DNA of 64,000 nt, taken from NCBI RefSeq assembly GCF_009914755.1, contig NC_060928.1. The stretch is one strand, 5' to 3'. Of this stretch, positions 14,560 to 25,773 are shown piece after piece. The notes under the pieces were generated by a model. The model had not been told where the DNA came from and searched no databases. It was given only the letters and a program-made list of their open reading frames with translations. Numbering within the stretch: position 1 is the first letter of the stretch; each line of letters begins with the position of its first letter. Source of the stretch: the human T2T-CHM13v2.0 reference genome, Homo sapiens. A program made the position numbers and the translations under genes.

Positions 14560-17500
14560 TAGGACTTTAGCTTACAGATGAGAGCTAGAAAGAGTATTGT
14601 TCCACACAACAAGGAGAAAGAAATACAAACCTTGCATGATGTCATCAGAGACCTGAGGTCACCAGACAAAAAATTACTTTAAATCCGGAGGGATACATTC
14701 CCTATCTGGAGAAAAACCTTTTTCTCTTCAGGAGCCCAAAGCTGATCATAGGAAATACCGATGAGAATCTTAAAAATAAAACAAAACTCACCCAATTTTC
14801 TCAATGGTACTGGGTCAAGGAATAATAGGCACTGCCAAAATCAGCCCAGATTCTCTCCCATATGAAACATAAACTTTTGTTTGTAGAAAGAAGTCCAAGA
14901 AAATAAAATCCTCCTGAGGGCACTGGTAAGGTATTCACTGGAGTTGGGGAGCAGGAGAGCAGCCCCCACAGCAAATCTCTTTTCTCTGTTATCTACTCAG
15001 TGAAACAGTAGCCTCACATTGTGGGGGGAATGGCAACTGGACTATAACCTGAAGGTACTGGGGAAACCATGAAAACCCACTGCAGATGGAGGAAGAGGCA
15101 CAGCAAATGAAAGAAAGAGAGAAATACCTCATACTTGGAAAAAGGACAGATATACCTGCTAAGCCCAGGATTACTTTTAGAGAATGGCAGGAATACTTGT
15201 GAAGGCCAAACCCTAAGACCAGTGTTCACATGGCCTACTTCAGACTGAGATTTATCAGAACATTAAAGAATGACCTCCCTAGCTCAGTCCTGAAAACATA
15301 AAAACAGTAAGTAATAATGCAGTCAAAATACATTTGGGAAAGTTGCAAGTGACAGTGGCTTGGTGTGAACCACAAAGGGAAAGCCGAGAGTTTAATTTGA
15401 AGACCCAAAGGCAATGAGAAAGCAGCGCTCAAAACTAACTCAACCTGTAACCACATAAACACGAAAGCTCACACTAAAAGCCTATTAGAAGGAATGACAT
15501 ACTCATTTCTGTGCAGAAACAATAGATATCTCAGTTTTTATCTTATACAACATTTCTAGCTTTCAGCCGAAGTTCCAAGGCATACAAAAAAGCCAGAAAA
15601 TCCCACTTAAAAAAGACAAAGGGATAATCAAACCCAGGCTCAGATATTTCACAGATATTTTAATTGTCAAGCAGGACATTTAAATTAAGTAGAATTAATA
15701 TGTAAAGTTTACACTAAACAAAGTAGATAGCACACAATACCAGATATCTAATTTCAGGAAACAGATGGAAACCAGTAGAAAGCGTCAAGCAGAAATATTG
15801 GAAATCAAAACTACAGTAATGGAGGTGAAGAACGCCTTTAATGAGCTTATCAGTGGACTCAACACACAAGGAAAAAGTAAGTTTGAAAATAGGCCACTAG
15901 AAATTACTCAGATTAAAATACAAAGAGAAAAAAGAAAGAAGATCGTGGGGTTAGGGAAGATACAGAGCATGCAATAACTATATGATCGTAGCAAGAGTTT
16001 TAATGCATATGTAATTAAAATCTCTTCCCAGAAAGTAAAGAAAGAACATTAAAAAATTTGAAGAAATAATAAATGACTAGTTTTTAGTGGCCAGCACCAA
16101 TTTACAGAATCAGAAAGTTCAGAGAATATTAAGGAGAAAAAAAAATCAAAAACAAAAACAAAAACAAAAAACAAAAGGCAAACCAAAGCATTCAAATTGT
16201 TGAAGAAAATTTATGACAGAAAAAAAGTGAAGGCAGCTAGAGAACAAACACGTTACCTAAAAAGTAATAAAGATAATAGCTACAATAGGCTTTTTGTTAG
16301 AAACTCTACAACCAAGACAAATATTTGGTTTTGGTCTATAACCAAGACAAACTCTCCAACCAAGACACATTTAAAGTGCTGAAAGAAAAGTGAAAAGACT
16401 ATCAAATGAGACTTCTATGCCTAATGAAAATATTCCTCAAACTAGAGTTTTTAAAGACCTGATTCATAGGAAGTATTAAAAAAGTATTCAGACAGAAAGA
16501 ACAACACCATTAGAAATACTGACCTGCACAAACTATTGAAGAGTATCACATATGGGATAAATGAAGATTAAGAAATATATTTTTACATTTTTTAGTTCAT
16601 CTAACATATAAATGATTGCTTACAGCAATAAGTGTAACAATGTAGTGTGTGTTTATGACTTACATAAGAGTGAAATATATGAATACAATGACAGAAAGGA
16701 TGGACGATGTTAACTGAAACTATGTGTTATAAAGCTTTTAATATTACACAAGTAGCATTATAATATTAAGTAATACAATATTCAAATTGTTTTTACAATA
16801 CATTGAAAACTGTGGGGTAACCACACAATGTTAAGGAAAAGAGATACACATAATAAATTAAGAAATGAGATAAACAAAATCATAAATATATTCAGTTAAA
16901 CTGATGGAGGGCAGAAAAACAGAGGGAAAAACAAACAAAAAATAAAGCAAAATGGAAAACAACTAGCTAGATGGTATATTTAATCCAACAATATTGATAT
17001 TTACTTCAAATTCAATGGTTTAAACCTACCAAGAACTTACTGGACATGTAAGAAAAAACAACTATATTTTTTCTACAAGAAACTGTCTTTAAATGTAAAA
17101 ACACATAGGTAAAAATTAGTAGGTTTAAAAATATGTTCCATGAAAACATTAAGCAAAAGAAAGCTAAAAGAGATATATTTATCTTAAGTCAAGTCAAGAA
17201 CAAAGAATGGTTTTAGGAATAAATAGAGACATTCCACAGTGAAAAAGGAGTCAGTCCTCCAAGAAGAAATAATCCCAAATGCATCTTCACTTAAGAAAAA
17301 TATGTCAGGCAAATAATTGTGGATATAAAAGGAGAAACAGATAATTCCACAGCTGTATTTGGAGACTTCAACTCTCCTCTTTCATTTGTTAAGAGAATAA
17401 GTAGTGAGAAAATCAGGAATGATATAGATGGCCTGAAATCTTTTCTCTAATTTGATTTAATGGATATTAGAAACAGTGTCCATAGTAGAATATTTATAAA

Positions 17501-18160
17501 CTTTAGACCATATCTTAGCAAATGGAAAGTAATAGAAATTTTACAAAGTATTTTGTTGAAACATCAAAATATTAAATTAGAAATTAATTACAAGAAGATA
17601 TCATAAAAACTCCCCAAATATTTAAAAATTTAACAACATATTTCTATATATTCCTCGAGCCAAAATGTTTCAAAAGACACTAAAAAGTAGTTTTAATTAC
17701 ATGAAAAGAGAAATACAACATATTAAAATACGTTGGTTGAAGCAAAAGCAGTGCTGAAAGGAAATGTGTAATGAATATGTATATTAGAAAAGTTCTAAAG
17801 CCACTATCTCAAACTTCTATCAGAAGACTCTAGAACAAAAATAAAATTAAACAAAAAAAAATGAAGGTGGAAGAAAATGCTACATGTTAGAGAAGAAAAC
17901 AATAAAATTGAAAAGATAAAAATGGTGAAAACTAATGAAACCAATAACTGATTAATAAAATTAATAAACTTCTAGCCAAACTGACCATGAAAAAACAAGA
18001 CGCAAATTACTAATATCAGGAATAAAATAAGAGACATTACCCTTTATCTCACAGACTATAAAAGCCTAACAAGTAAGTACCACAAACAACTATATGACCA
18101 TAAATTCAACAACTTAGCTGAAATAAATGAATTCTTTGAACAACATAAACTGTTATCCAA
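14560..18160 (+). mobile_element. Old L1M: 5'UTR, ORF1 and ORF2 endonuclease relic, 3'-truncated
   Basis: ORF1-like 15765-15977 (EILEIKTTVMEVKNAFNELISGLNT); EN-like 16990-17800 ('ggagacttcaactctcctct', 'agcaaaagcagtgct'). Confidence 0.75.
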
Positions 18161-18164
18161 CACA

Positions 18165-19407
18165 AACTGCTTGTGCTCTATAAATACAACAAGACCGGTT
18201 AACAGCACATCTGTTTACAGCATGATTTACTAAATACTTTAAGCTCACTTTTGAAACCTTGTACTCGGGGAAAAGATAATTATTTTTTATATTTTTAGAA
18301 TATTAGTACTCAGTGGATATGCACTTGGTCACCCAAGAACTCTGATGGACATGTGCAAGAAGATTAATGTTGTTTTCATGTCTGCTGACACAACATTCAT
18401 TATGCAGCCCATGGATCAAGATGTAAATTTGATTTTCAAGTTTTATTCTTTTAGAGATATATTCCATATTTCATAAGGCTATAACTGCCTTAGAGAGTAA
18501 TTTCTCTGATGTACCTGAGCAAAGTAAGTTGAAAACCTTCTGGAAAGTATTTACCATTCTAGATGTCACTAAGGAAATTCATAATTCATAAGAGGAGGTA
18601 ACAATATCAACATTCATAGGAGTTTGGAAGAACTATATTACAATCTTCATGGTTGAGTGAGAGGGTAGGGCTTCAAAGGGAGAAATAACTGTAGATGTAG
18701 TGGAAATGGCATCACAAGAGAATTAAAATTAGAAGTGAAGTCTGACGATGGGACTGAATTGCTACAGTCTCATGACAGAACTTTAAAAGATAAGGAGTTG
18801 TTTCTTAGAGGTAGATAAAGAAAGCAATTTCTTAATCTGCAATCTACTCCTGGTGAAGATGTGAATATTGTTTAAATGAAAACAAAGGATCCTAAATATT
18901 ACATAAATGTAGTGGATAAAACAGTGGCAGAGTCTGAGAGGATTGACTCCAATCTTGAAGAAGTTCTATTGTTGGTAAAATGCTATCAAACAGTATTGCA
19001 TGCTGTAGAGAAAAAATTTGTGAGAGGAAGAGTACATCGATATAGCAAACTTCATTGTTGTTTTATTTTTAAAAGTTGTCACAGCCACCTCAGCCTTTAA
19101 CAATCACCAACTTGATCTGTCAGCAGCCATCATTATCAAGGCAAGAGCTTCTGCCAGCCAAAAAATTACAACTTACTAAAGATCAGGTGATAATTAGCAT
19201 TATTTAGAAAGAAAGTATTTTTATTTAAGGTATGCACTTTGTTTTTAGACATAATGCTATTTACACTTATTAAGTAATAGAATAGTGTAAATATAACTTT
19301 TATATGCACTGAGACACCAAAAACATGGTGTAAGTTACTTTGTTGTGATACTTGCTTTATTGCAGTGGTCTGGAATCATACCTGCAATATATTCAAGTTA
19401 TGACTAT
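18165..19407 (+). mobile_element. Tigger1 3' half (pogo-type transposase relic)
   Basis: 'acagcacatctgtttacagcatg', 'cagcccatggatcaag' (QPMDQ motif), 3' end 'gcagtggtctggaatcatacctgcaatat'; 5' half missing. Confidence 0.9.
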
Positions 19408-19409
19408 AA

Positions 19410-20245
19410 TGAGACTGACTGGTTGTTCATCATGTAATTGAAGAAAGTGGGGAAAAATAAAGGTGAGCTCATGCTTTTGAATTCCCAGTTAAAATATCCC
19501 ATAAGTGCTATGAAAGCTTCTATATATGCCTTGAAGAAGACATTTATTTCCTGGATCCTTAGAGCTGAGGTTGCTGGAAATTAAACCCATAATCTTATGG
19601 TGTGATTGGCTGAATTAAAATGCAAACTGAACTTCAAGCCTTGTAGGGTATTTACTTTTCAAGTGAAGGCATGGATTTTGTAGGAATGAGATCCTTAATG
19701 TTGTATGTGAATTAGTGGAAAAAATCTTATGAAGCTGGGAACATTGTGCTCCACTGCCCTAATGAGTCTTCTTTGCCAATGAAAAAGACCTCCCCATACT
19801 CACTGAGAGTATCATCTCCACCCACAATGGAACTGGAAGACAGAATATCAAACCAAACGGGATTTTTTAGTGAGTTTTTTTAATCTTAATATCAAATGAA
19901 ATATTCTTTTCTGGGTTGTAGACTTGCCTGGGACCCATTATATTTTTTCTTTATGTCTACTTTCCTCACTGGAATGGAAATATCTATCCTATGGGTGTCC
20001 CACCATTGTATTTCGGAAGCACATAACTTGTCTGGTTTCACAGGTTCACAGCTGGAGAAAAAATTTGCCTCAGGATGAATTGTACCTCGTGTCTCACCTA
20101 TATCTGATTTATTTATGTAGATAAGAACTTGAACTTTAAAATATAAATTTGATGTTTGAATGAACTAAAGGTGTGGGGGACATTGGAGTAGGGCAAAGGT
20201 ATTTTGAATATAAATAGATCAAAATTTGATGGAGAGGTGATGTGA
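19410..20245 (+). mobile_element. ERVL-like gag fragment followed by MaLR (MLT1) internal 3' segment
   Basis: 'gaattcccagtt...gctgaattaaaatgcaaactgaac...aagtgaaggcatggatt' (ERVL gag-like); 'ttcacaggttcacagctggagaaaaa...gcctcaggatgaat' (MLT1-int). Confidence 0.7.
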
Positions 20246-20249
20246 AAAA

Positions 20250-20650
20250 TGTTATTTCCTCAATTGTATCTCCCCAAATTTATATATTCAAGCCCTAATG
20301 AACAACGTGACTATATTTTGGAGAGAGGCTCTATAAGGAGCTAATTAAGGTTAAGTGAGTTTGTAAAGTGGACTCTTTATCCAAATGGATTAGTGTCCTT
20401 AAAAAAGAGATATCAGAGAGCTCACATTATTTCTCTCTCCACATTCACACTCTAAAGAAAGGCTATGAGAGGACACAGTGAGAAAATGGTCATCTGTAAA
20501 CCAGGAAGAGAACTTTTACCACAAAATGAACTCTGCTAGAATTTTGATCATGAACATTCTAGCCTTCAGGTATATGAGAAAATAAATTTATATTATTTAA
20601 GCTATAAAGTCTGTGGTATTTTGTTACGGCATTCTAGACAGAAAACTACA
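20250..20650 (+). mobile_element. MaLR 3' LTR (MLT1A/B-like)
   Basis: 'ctccccaaatttatatattcaagccctaa...gaggacacagtgagaa...gagaaaataaattt...gtggtattttgttacggca'. Confidence 0.8.
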
Positions 20651-22265
20651 CTAAAGATAGTAAGTTTCTAAAGAGTGCTTCTGAACATTATTACACTGTT
20701 CATATTATACCTTTATTTTTATCCCATATTTGATGAGTGTGTCATTAGAAAAAGTATAATGTCAAAGTTCAGTAATGAACAACATTTAGTCCTATATTAT
20801 CAGTAAAAAATGGGCATTCTTTAGCTTCTGTATCATCATCACCTTATACTGTACCATTTCTGCAGTGCTCAAGACAATTTGTCATATCCTTATATGTGTA
20901 CATGAAGAGCAGATTCAATCATGTGTGATAATTTATCCTCTCAATTCCAAAAGAAGTTTTGCTTTCTACATGCGCCTTCGGTAAAATTTTCAAACTAATA
21001 TGCTATTTATGTTTTGAATTTAATATTATTATTTTAGTAATTTTAGAAATTCTGACTAGAGCTTAACAGGATAAACTATTCAGTAATAGATATGCACAAC
21101 ATGCTTAAAAGATGGAACAGTTTTGCTTTTTTTACTTGCTATGTAAATCAATTATGTTACAATTTCAATCACACACAATTTCATATTGGTTTTACATTTT
21201 TTAATTTCACTAATAGATGTATAATAAATAAATATTGCCATTAATAAGTGACCTTTAAATAATTGTAAATCAGTTATTAAAATTATTAAAATTAGCCATT
21301 TAAATTTAACTATGATTCAGAATTAGAATCAGTATTAACATAATTCTTCCCAATCTTATTTTCAACATGTTATTATTAATAGAAATTTTTTTTAAATATT
21401 CAAAATATTATGTTAAAAAATATTTAAAAATGTTTAGTGGTTTTGGCTTGGGCTGTACCTTATGTTATGAATGTGGAAATGGAAAACACTAAAGATAAAG
21501 AACAACTATACATTTGAAGTTTCACTAACAGAATATTAACTGTGTTCTGTGTACTTAAATATCTAATTTATTTTCTGTAGTTCTTCAAGCAAAAGTAAGA
21601 AGTGTTTGTTTCACAAGGTATTTTTTATTGTGAGATTAGAAATAAAATTACAAGTGTGTTTATCAATTCAATATTAAAGCTGAGTCATATATTATCTTTG
21701 CAATGTATGCCTAAAATGAATACAATATTCCACATCCAAGCAATTTCCTTCTTCATAAATTCTGAACTTTAAGCCTAGAATTTGATCTATGTTTTTCTCA
21801 TAAGTATGTCTGGTGTTACTCATGTAGAATGTAAATCAAACTTAATTTATTCAACGTATTGGTGACTTGAATCACTCTCATATTTGCATCCTTTAGGCAA
21901 TCTGAAGGCGCAAAGATTAGACAAGATATTTATTTATTTTATCAACAACATTTTATTGAGAACTTTATATACGTTTTGCCTTTTTTGGTGGTAGAAACAC
22001 AGCAGTTAGCTAAATAAAGTTTCTGCTCTAACTGATCCTGTGCTTAACGTTAACAAAGTTTATATGTACAGATCTTCTTAGAGTATTTATATGTATTATG
22101 GAGGCATAATAGATTTATGTAAGATGGCAGAAATTAATTTTCAATTAAATGAGACATGAAAATTACACTTAAAAATGATAAGTTGAGAGAAAATCCTAGC
22201 CATCAATAAAATCTACATGGGTATCCAATGATACAATCTGTTTTTGTCTCATTGAAAATGACTCA

Positions 22266-22598
22266 TGCTATTATTTTTACATCTCCTCCAAAACTAAAGT
22301 TGAAATTTAATTGTCATTGTTAACAGTGTTGAGAGGCAGGATCTTTACGAGATGACTAGATTGTGAGCACAATGGATTATTGCCATTATCCCAGGAGTGG
22401 GTTAGCTCTGTCTAGCATATTGCTTATTCTTACACTTTCCTGCTTTGGGATATAATCTAGCAGGAAAGCCTTGTCAGATGTCTGTGCCCTGCACTTGAAC
22501 TTCTGGCCTCCAGAACTGTGATTTGAATAAATTTCTATGTTCTATAAATTACTCAGTCTGTGGCATTTGGTTATAGCAGTAGGAAATGGACTAAAACT
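22266..22598 (+). mobile_element. MaLR LTR (MST-like)
   Basis: 'cctccaaaactaaagttgaaatttaat...cctccagaactgtga...aaattactcagtctgtggcat...aaatggactaa'. Confidence 0.75.
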
Positions 22599-23231
22599 TA
22601 CTAGAACTGTAACACAGATTTTTAGGAGCTAAGAATCAAACAGTGGTACTTAATACATTTATCTGTGGTATTTAATAGAGGTCCATTAATGTTTTATATT
22701 TCCTCTACTTTTTCAATCATCAGCATCATTACTTTGCATCATTATTATTGATGTTATCATTGTCTTTATCTTTTTTATCAATACTCTTATCTTATTGTTT
22801 TCACCAGATATTTATTGAGTGCTTGCTATGTTGTTAAGATATTAGGTGTTATATGTACCAAACTAAGGTCACAATTCATCTCAGTAAATAGATCCACAAC
22901 TTATCCTACTGATCAAAGCAAGCATTTTGTATATGTTTCAGACTCCTCATTGCTATCACACCTTGCATTAAAGCAAATGCTGTCTTTTGTCGTTAAGATA
23001 TATCCTAAATCTTACTCCTTCTTACTTTAGCCTATTCCATTCTATTTCAAATCATCACCATCTCTCACTACTTGTTACTAAGCTACTGAAATACTTATCC
23101 AAGTGGTTTTTCTGCTTCCATCCTTGTTTTCTACAATGTATTCTCCACATAGCAGCTAAATGGCTTTCTTAAAACAAATCATATGAGGCCATTCTCTTTT
23201 CTGGACTCACCAAAGGCATCTTTAGCATATT

Positions 23232-23722
23232 GAATTAGTTTCATATTGCTGCTAAAGCCAATTACCATACACTTAGTGACTTAAAACAACACAAATTTAT
23301 TATCTAAACTCTGGAGATCAGAATTCAAAAACGGGTTTCACTGGGCTAAAATAAAGATGTCATTGGTGCTATGTTCCTTGTGGAAGCTCTAGCAAAGAAT
23401 CTGTTTCTTTGACCCTTCCAACTATTCACACCCTTTGCTTCATAACCTTTCTTCATCTTCAAAGAAAGCAATAGTCACTGTTTTTCATGCCACATCACCA
23501 TGACACTGACTATTCTGCCTCTCCTTTATACATTTAAAGACCCTTGTGACTACATTAGTACTATTCAGATAATCCAGCATAATATTTTTATTCTAAGGTC
23601 ACCTAATTAACTACCTCAATTTCATCTAAAATTTTAAATTCCCATACCATATACTGTAAGATATTTATAAATAGTGTGTATTAAAATTTGGACCACTGGG
23701 AACCACTGTTCTGCTTACCAAA
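23232..23722 (-). mobile_element. MaLR LTR (MLT1C/D-like)
   Basis: 'aattaccatacacttagtgacttaaaacaacacaaatttattatc...gacccttgtgactacatt...ataatccag'. Confidence 0.8.
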
Positions 23723-24096
23723 CATATTTATTACAATTTCACATAATCTGCTCCAAACCGTCTTTCTGATTTTATTTTTTACCACCCTGTCTAATTCAAT
23801 GCATCTAAGACATGATCAACTCTTTGTTCCTCAAAAATGTAAATTTTATTCAAATGGCAGGGCCTTTATGCCATCTTTTCTCTCCTCCTTATATAGTCTT
23901 CTCCAAGATACATGCTTCAATCCTGCATCTGCTTCATTTTACTTGTTTAAATTATCTTTTTTTTAAAAGTCCTTCACTAACAAACCTACCTAATATAATA
24001 TCTTCTTTCACTATCCTTTTACTCTACCTTTATTTGTTTATAATATATATGTAGCTTTTTTATTATTATCAGTATCCCTCATAAGAATTTAAGTAC

Positions 24097-24707
24097 TGTG
24101 ATGGTTAATTTTAGAAGTTAACTGTAAAGATTACCTAGATAGTTGGTAAAGCATTATTTGTAGTTGTGTCTGTGAGGGTGTTTAGGGAAGCGATTGGTAT
24201 TTGAATCAGTAGAATGAGTAAAGATTTACCCTCAGTGTGGACAAGCATAATCCAATAGGCTGAGAGCCTCAATAAAACAAAAGAGTAAGTAAACTTACTC
24301 TCTCACTCTGAGAGGGAGCTGGCACACCCTCAGAGCTCGGACACACTTCTTCTCTTGCCCTTGGACATCAGAATAGCAGGATCTCCCGAATACCAGATTC
24401 TCTAGGCTTCGAACTGTGGGATTTGCACTAGTGGACTCAGGACTTACCCCTGAGAATCCAGGGTTTCCAGGTTTATGACCTCCAGCTGAGAGTTGTATCA
24501 TTGGCTTTACTGATTCTGAAGATTTTGGTCTTAGGCTGTACTTGCTACAATCATCTCTGGCTCTCCAGTTTGCAGATGGTTTCTCCTGAAGCTTCTCAAC
24601 CTCCATAACTGTGTGAGTCAGTTTCCCTAATATGTTTTCTATCTATCATTTTCTATCTATCTATCTATCTATCTATCATCTATCTATCTATCTATCATCT
24701 ATCTATC

Positions 24708-24751
<44 letters not shown>

Positions 24752-24835
24752 CTATCTATCTATCTATCGTTTATCTATCTATCTAATCAACGTCTATATC
24801 CTATTGATTCTGTCTTTGTGGAGAACCCTAATACA
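24097..24835 (+). mobile_element. ERVL solo LTR (MLT2B-like)
   Basis: TG...CA ends (tgtgatggttaatttt ... gagaaccctaataca); 5-bp TSD agtac / agcac. Confidence 0.9.
24638..24785. repeat. Compound (TCTA)n microsatellite inside the MLT2 LTR
   Basis: Directly visible interrupted array. Confidence 0.95.
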
Positions 24836-24964
24836 AGCACTATGAGAACTGAGACTTAGTATGTTTTGGGTTCACCTTGGTGTTCTTAGTATCTACAAAA
24901 GTGACTGTTGGAGACTAGGCACTTAAACATTTGTTATATCAATGAAGGAATGTGCAAAAGCTTT

Positions 24965-25160
24965 TTTTTTATGCCAAGGTCTATAGTGGGCACTTCACAT
25001 GTTAAATCTTATTTAATCTGCACAGTTTTCCAGTGAGGTCACTTATTGCCTATATTTCATAGCCAAGAAAACTCTGTTTCATCGAAATTAACTTATTTGA
25101 GACTACACAGTAGCAAAACTTGGATGCAGACTCAGCTACATCTGGCTTTATATTTCGTAT
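24965..25160 (-). mobile_element. MIR fragment
   Basis: 'gggcacttcacatgttaaatcttatttaatctgcacag...aagaaaactctg...taacttatttgagactacacagtag'. Confidence 0.55.
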
Positions 25161-25617
25161 TGTTCCACATGGAAGTCTATACATCTACAAGACTATGCTA
25201 CCTTACAGAGATAAGTAATTCTAGTCCATGCTTTAAAAGCAACTGTCATCTTATTGTAAATGTAAGATATTTAATTTAAAGGGCATAAATTAGGGTACAG
25301 AAAAAAATTAGAGTATGGAAAATATAACACTGTACTTGATACGTAATTTACTCTCATAAATTTTATTGAATATTTGTTGAAAATAAATTTCTTTAAGGTC
25401 AGACCAGTGAAAAAGCCACTGAAAGTTGGAGTCGTCTGTGAAATCATCACAGAAGCAGTGAATTGGAGTAGCATGAGAACAAAAATTTCATACATGTTGC
25501 AATACCTACTAATTTTAGAATTCTTTGATGATTTACTTGGCAGATGAATTTGCCTATGTCAAATAGAGATAGAACAGAGAAACCTTGGTTATAACACAGT
25601 TAGGACATTTTATAGTA

Positions 25618-25773
25618 CAGTGGTTCTCTACCCTGGAGTAACACTATAATCACCTGGGAGTCTTTACAAATACTGCCCCATGGGTAATTCCCCCCAGAGA
25701 CAGAGATTCAGTTGACATCAGAATCTTTGAGAGTTTCCCAGGTGATTCTAATGTTCAATGTCGAGACCCACTG
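25618..25773. mobile_element. MER5A-like hAT MITE
   Basis: cagtggttctc...aatcacctgggag...cccaggtgattct...gagacccactg palindromic structure. Confidence 0.8.

Larger units (their letters stand above)
22860..24952 (+). mobile_element. L2 3' region split by two LTRs
   Basis: L2-like pyrimidine-rich blocks at 22860-23230 and 23725-24096; terminus 'taggcacttaaacatttgttatatcaatgaaggaatg'. Confidence 0.65.

Noticed and set aside
18876-19100. 74-aa ORF as a domesticated Tigger gene
   Set aside because: Lies in a decayed, 5'-truncated Tigger1 with stops throughout
19960-20650. Inverted similarity to 62532-63220
   Set aside because: Explained by two independent MLT1 int+LTR insertions; no shared flanks seen
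24632-24859. 75-aa ORF with repeated YLSI
   Set aside because: Translation of (TCTA)n
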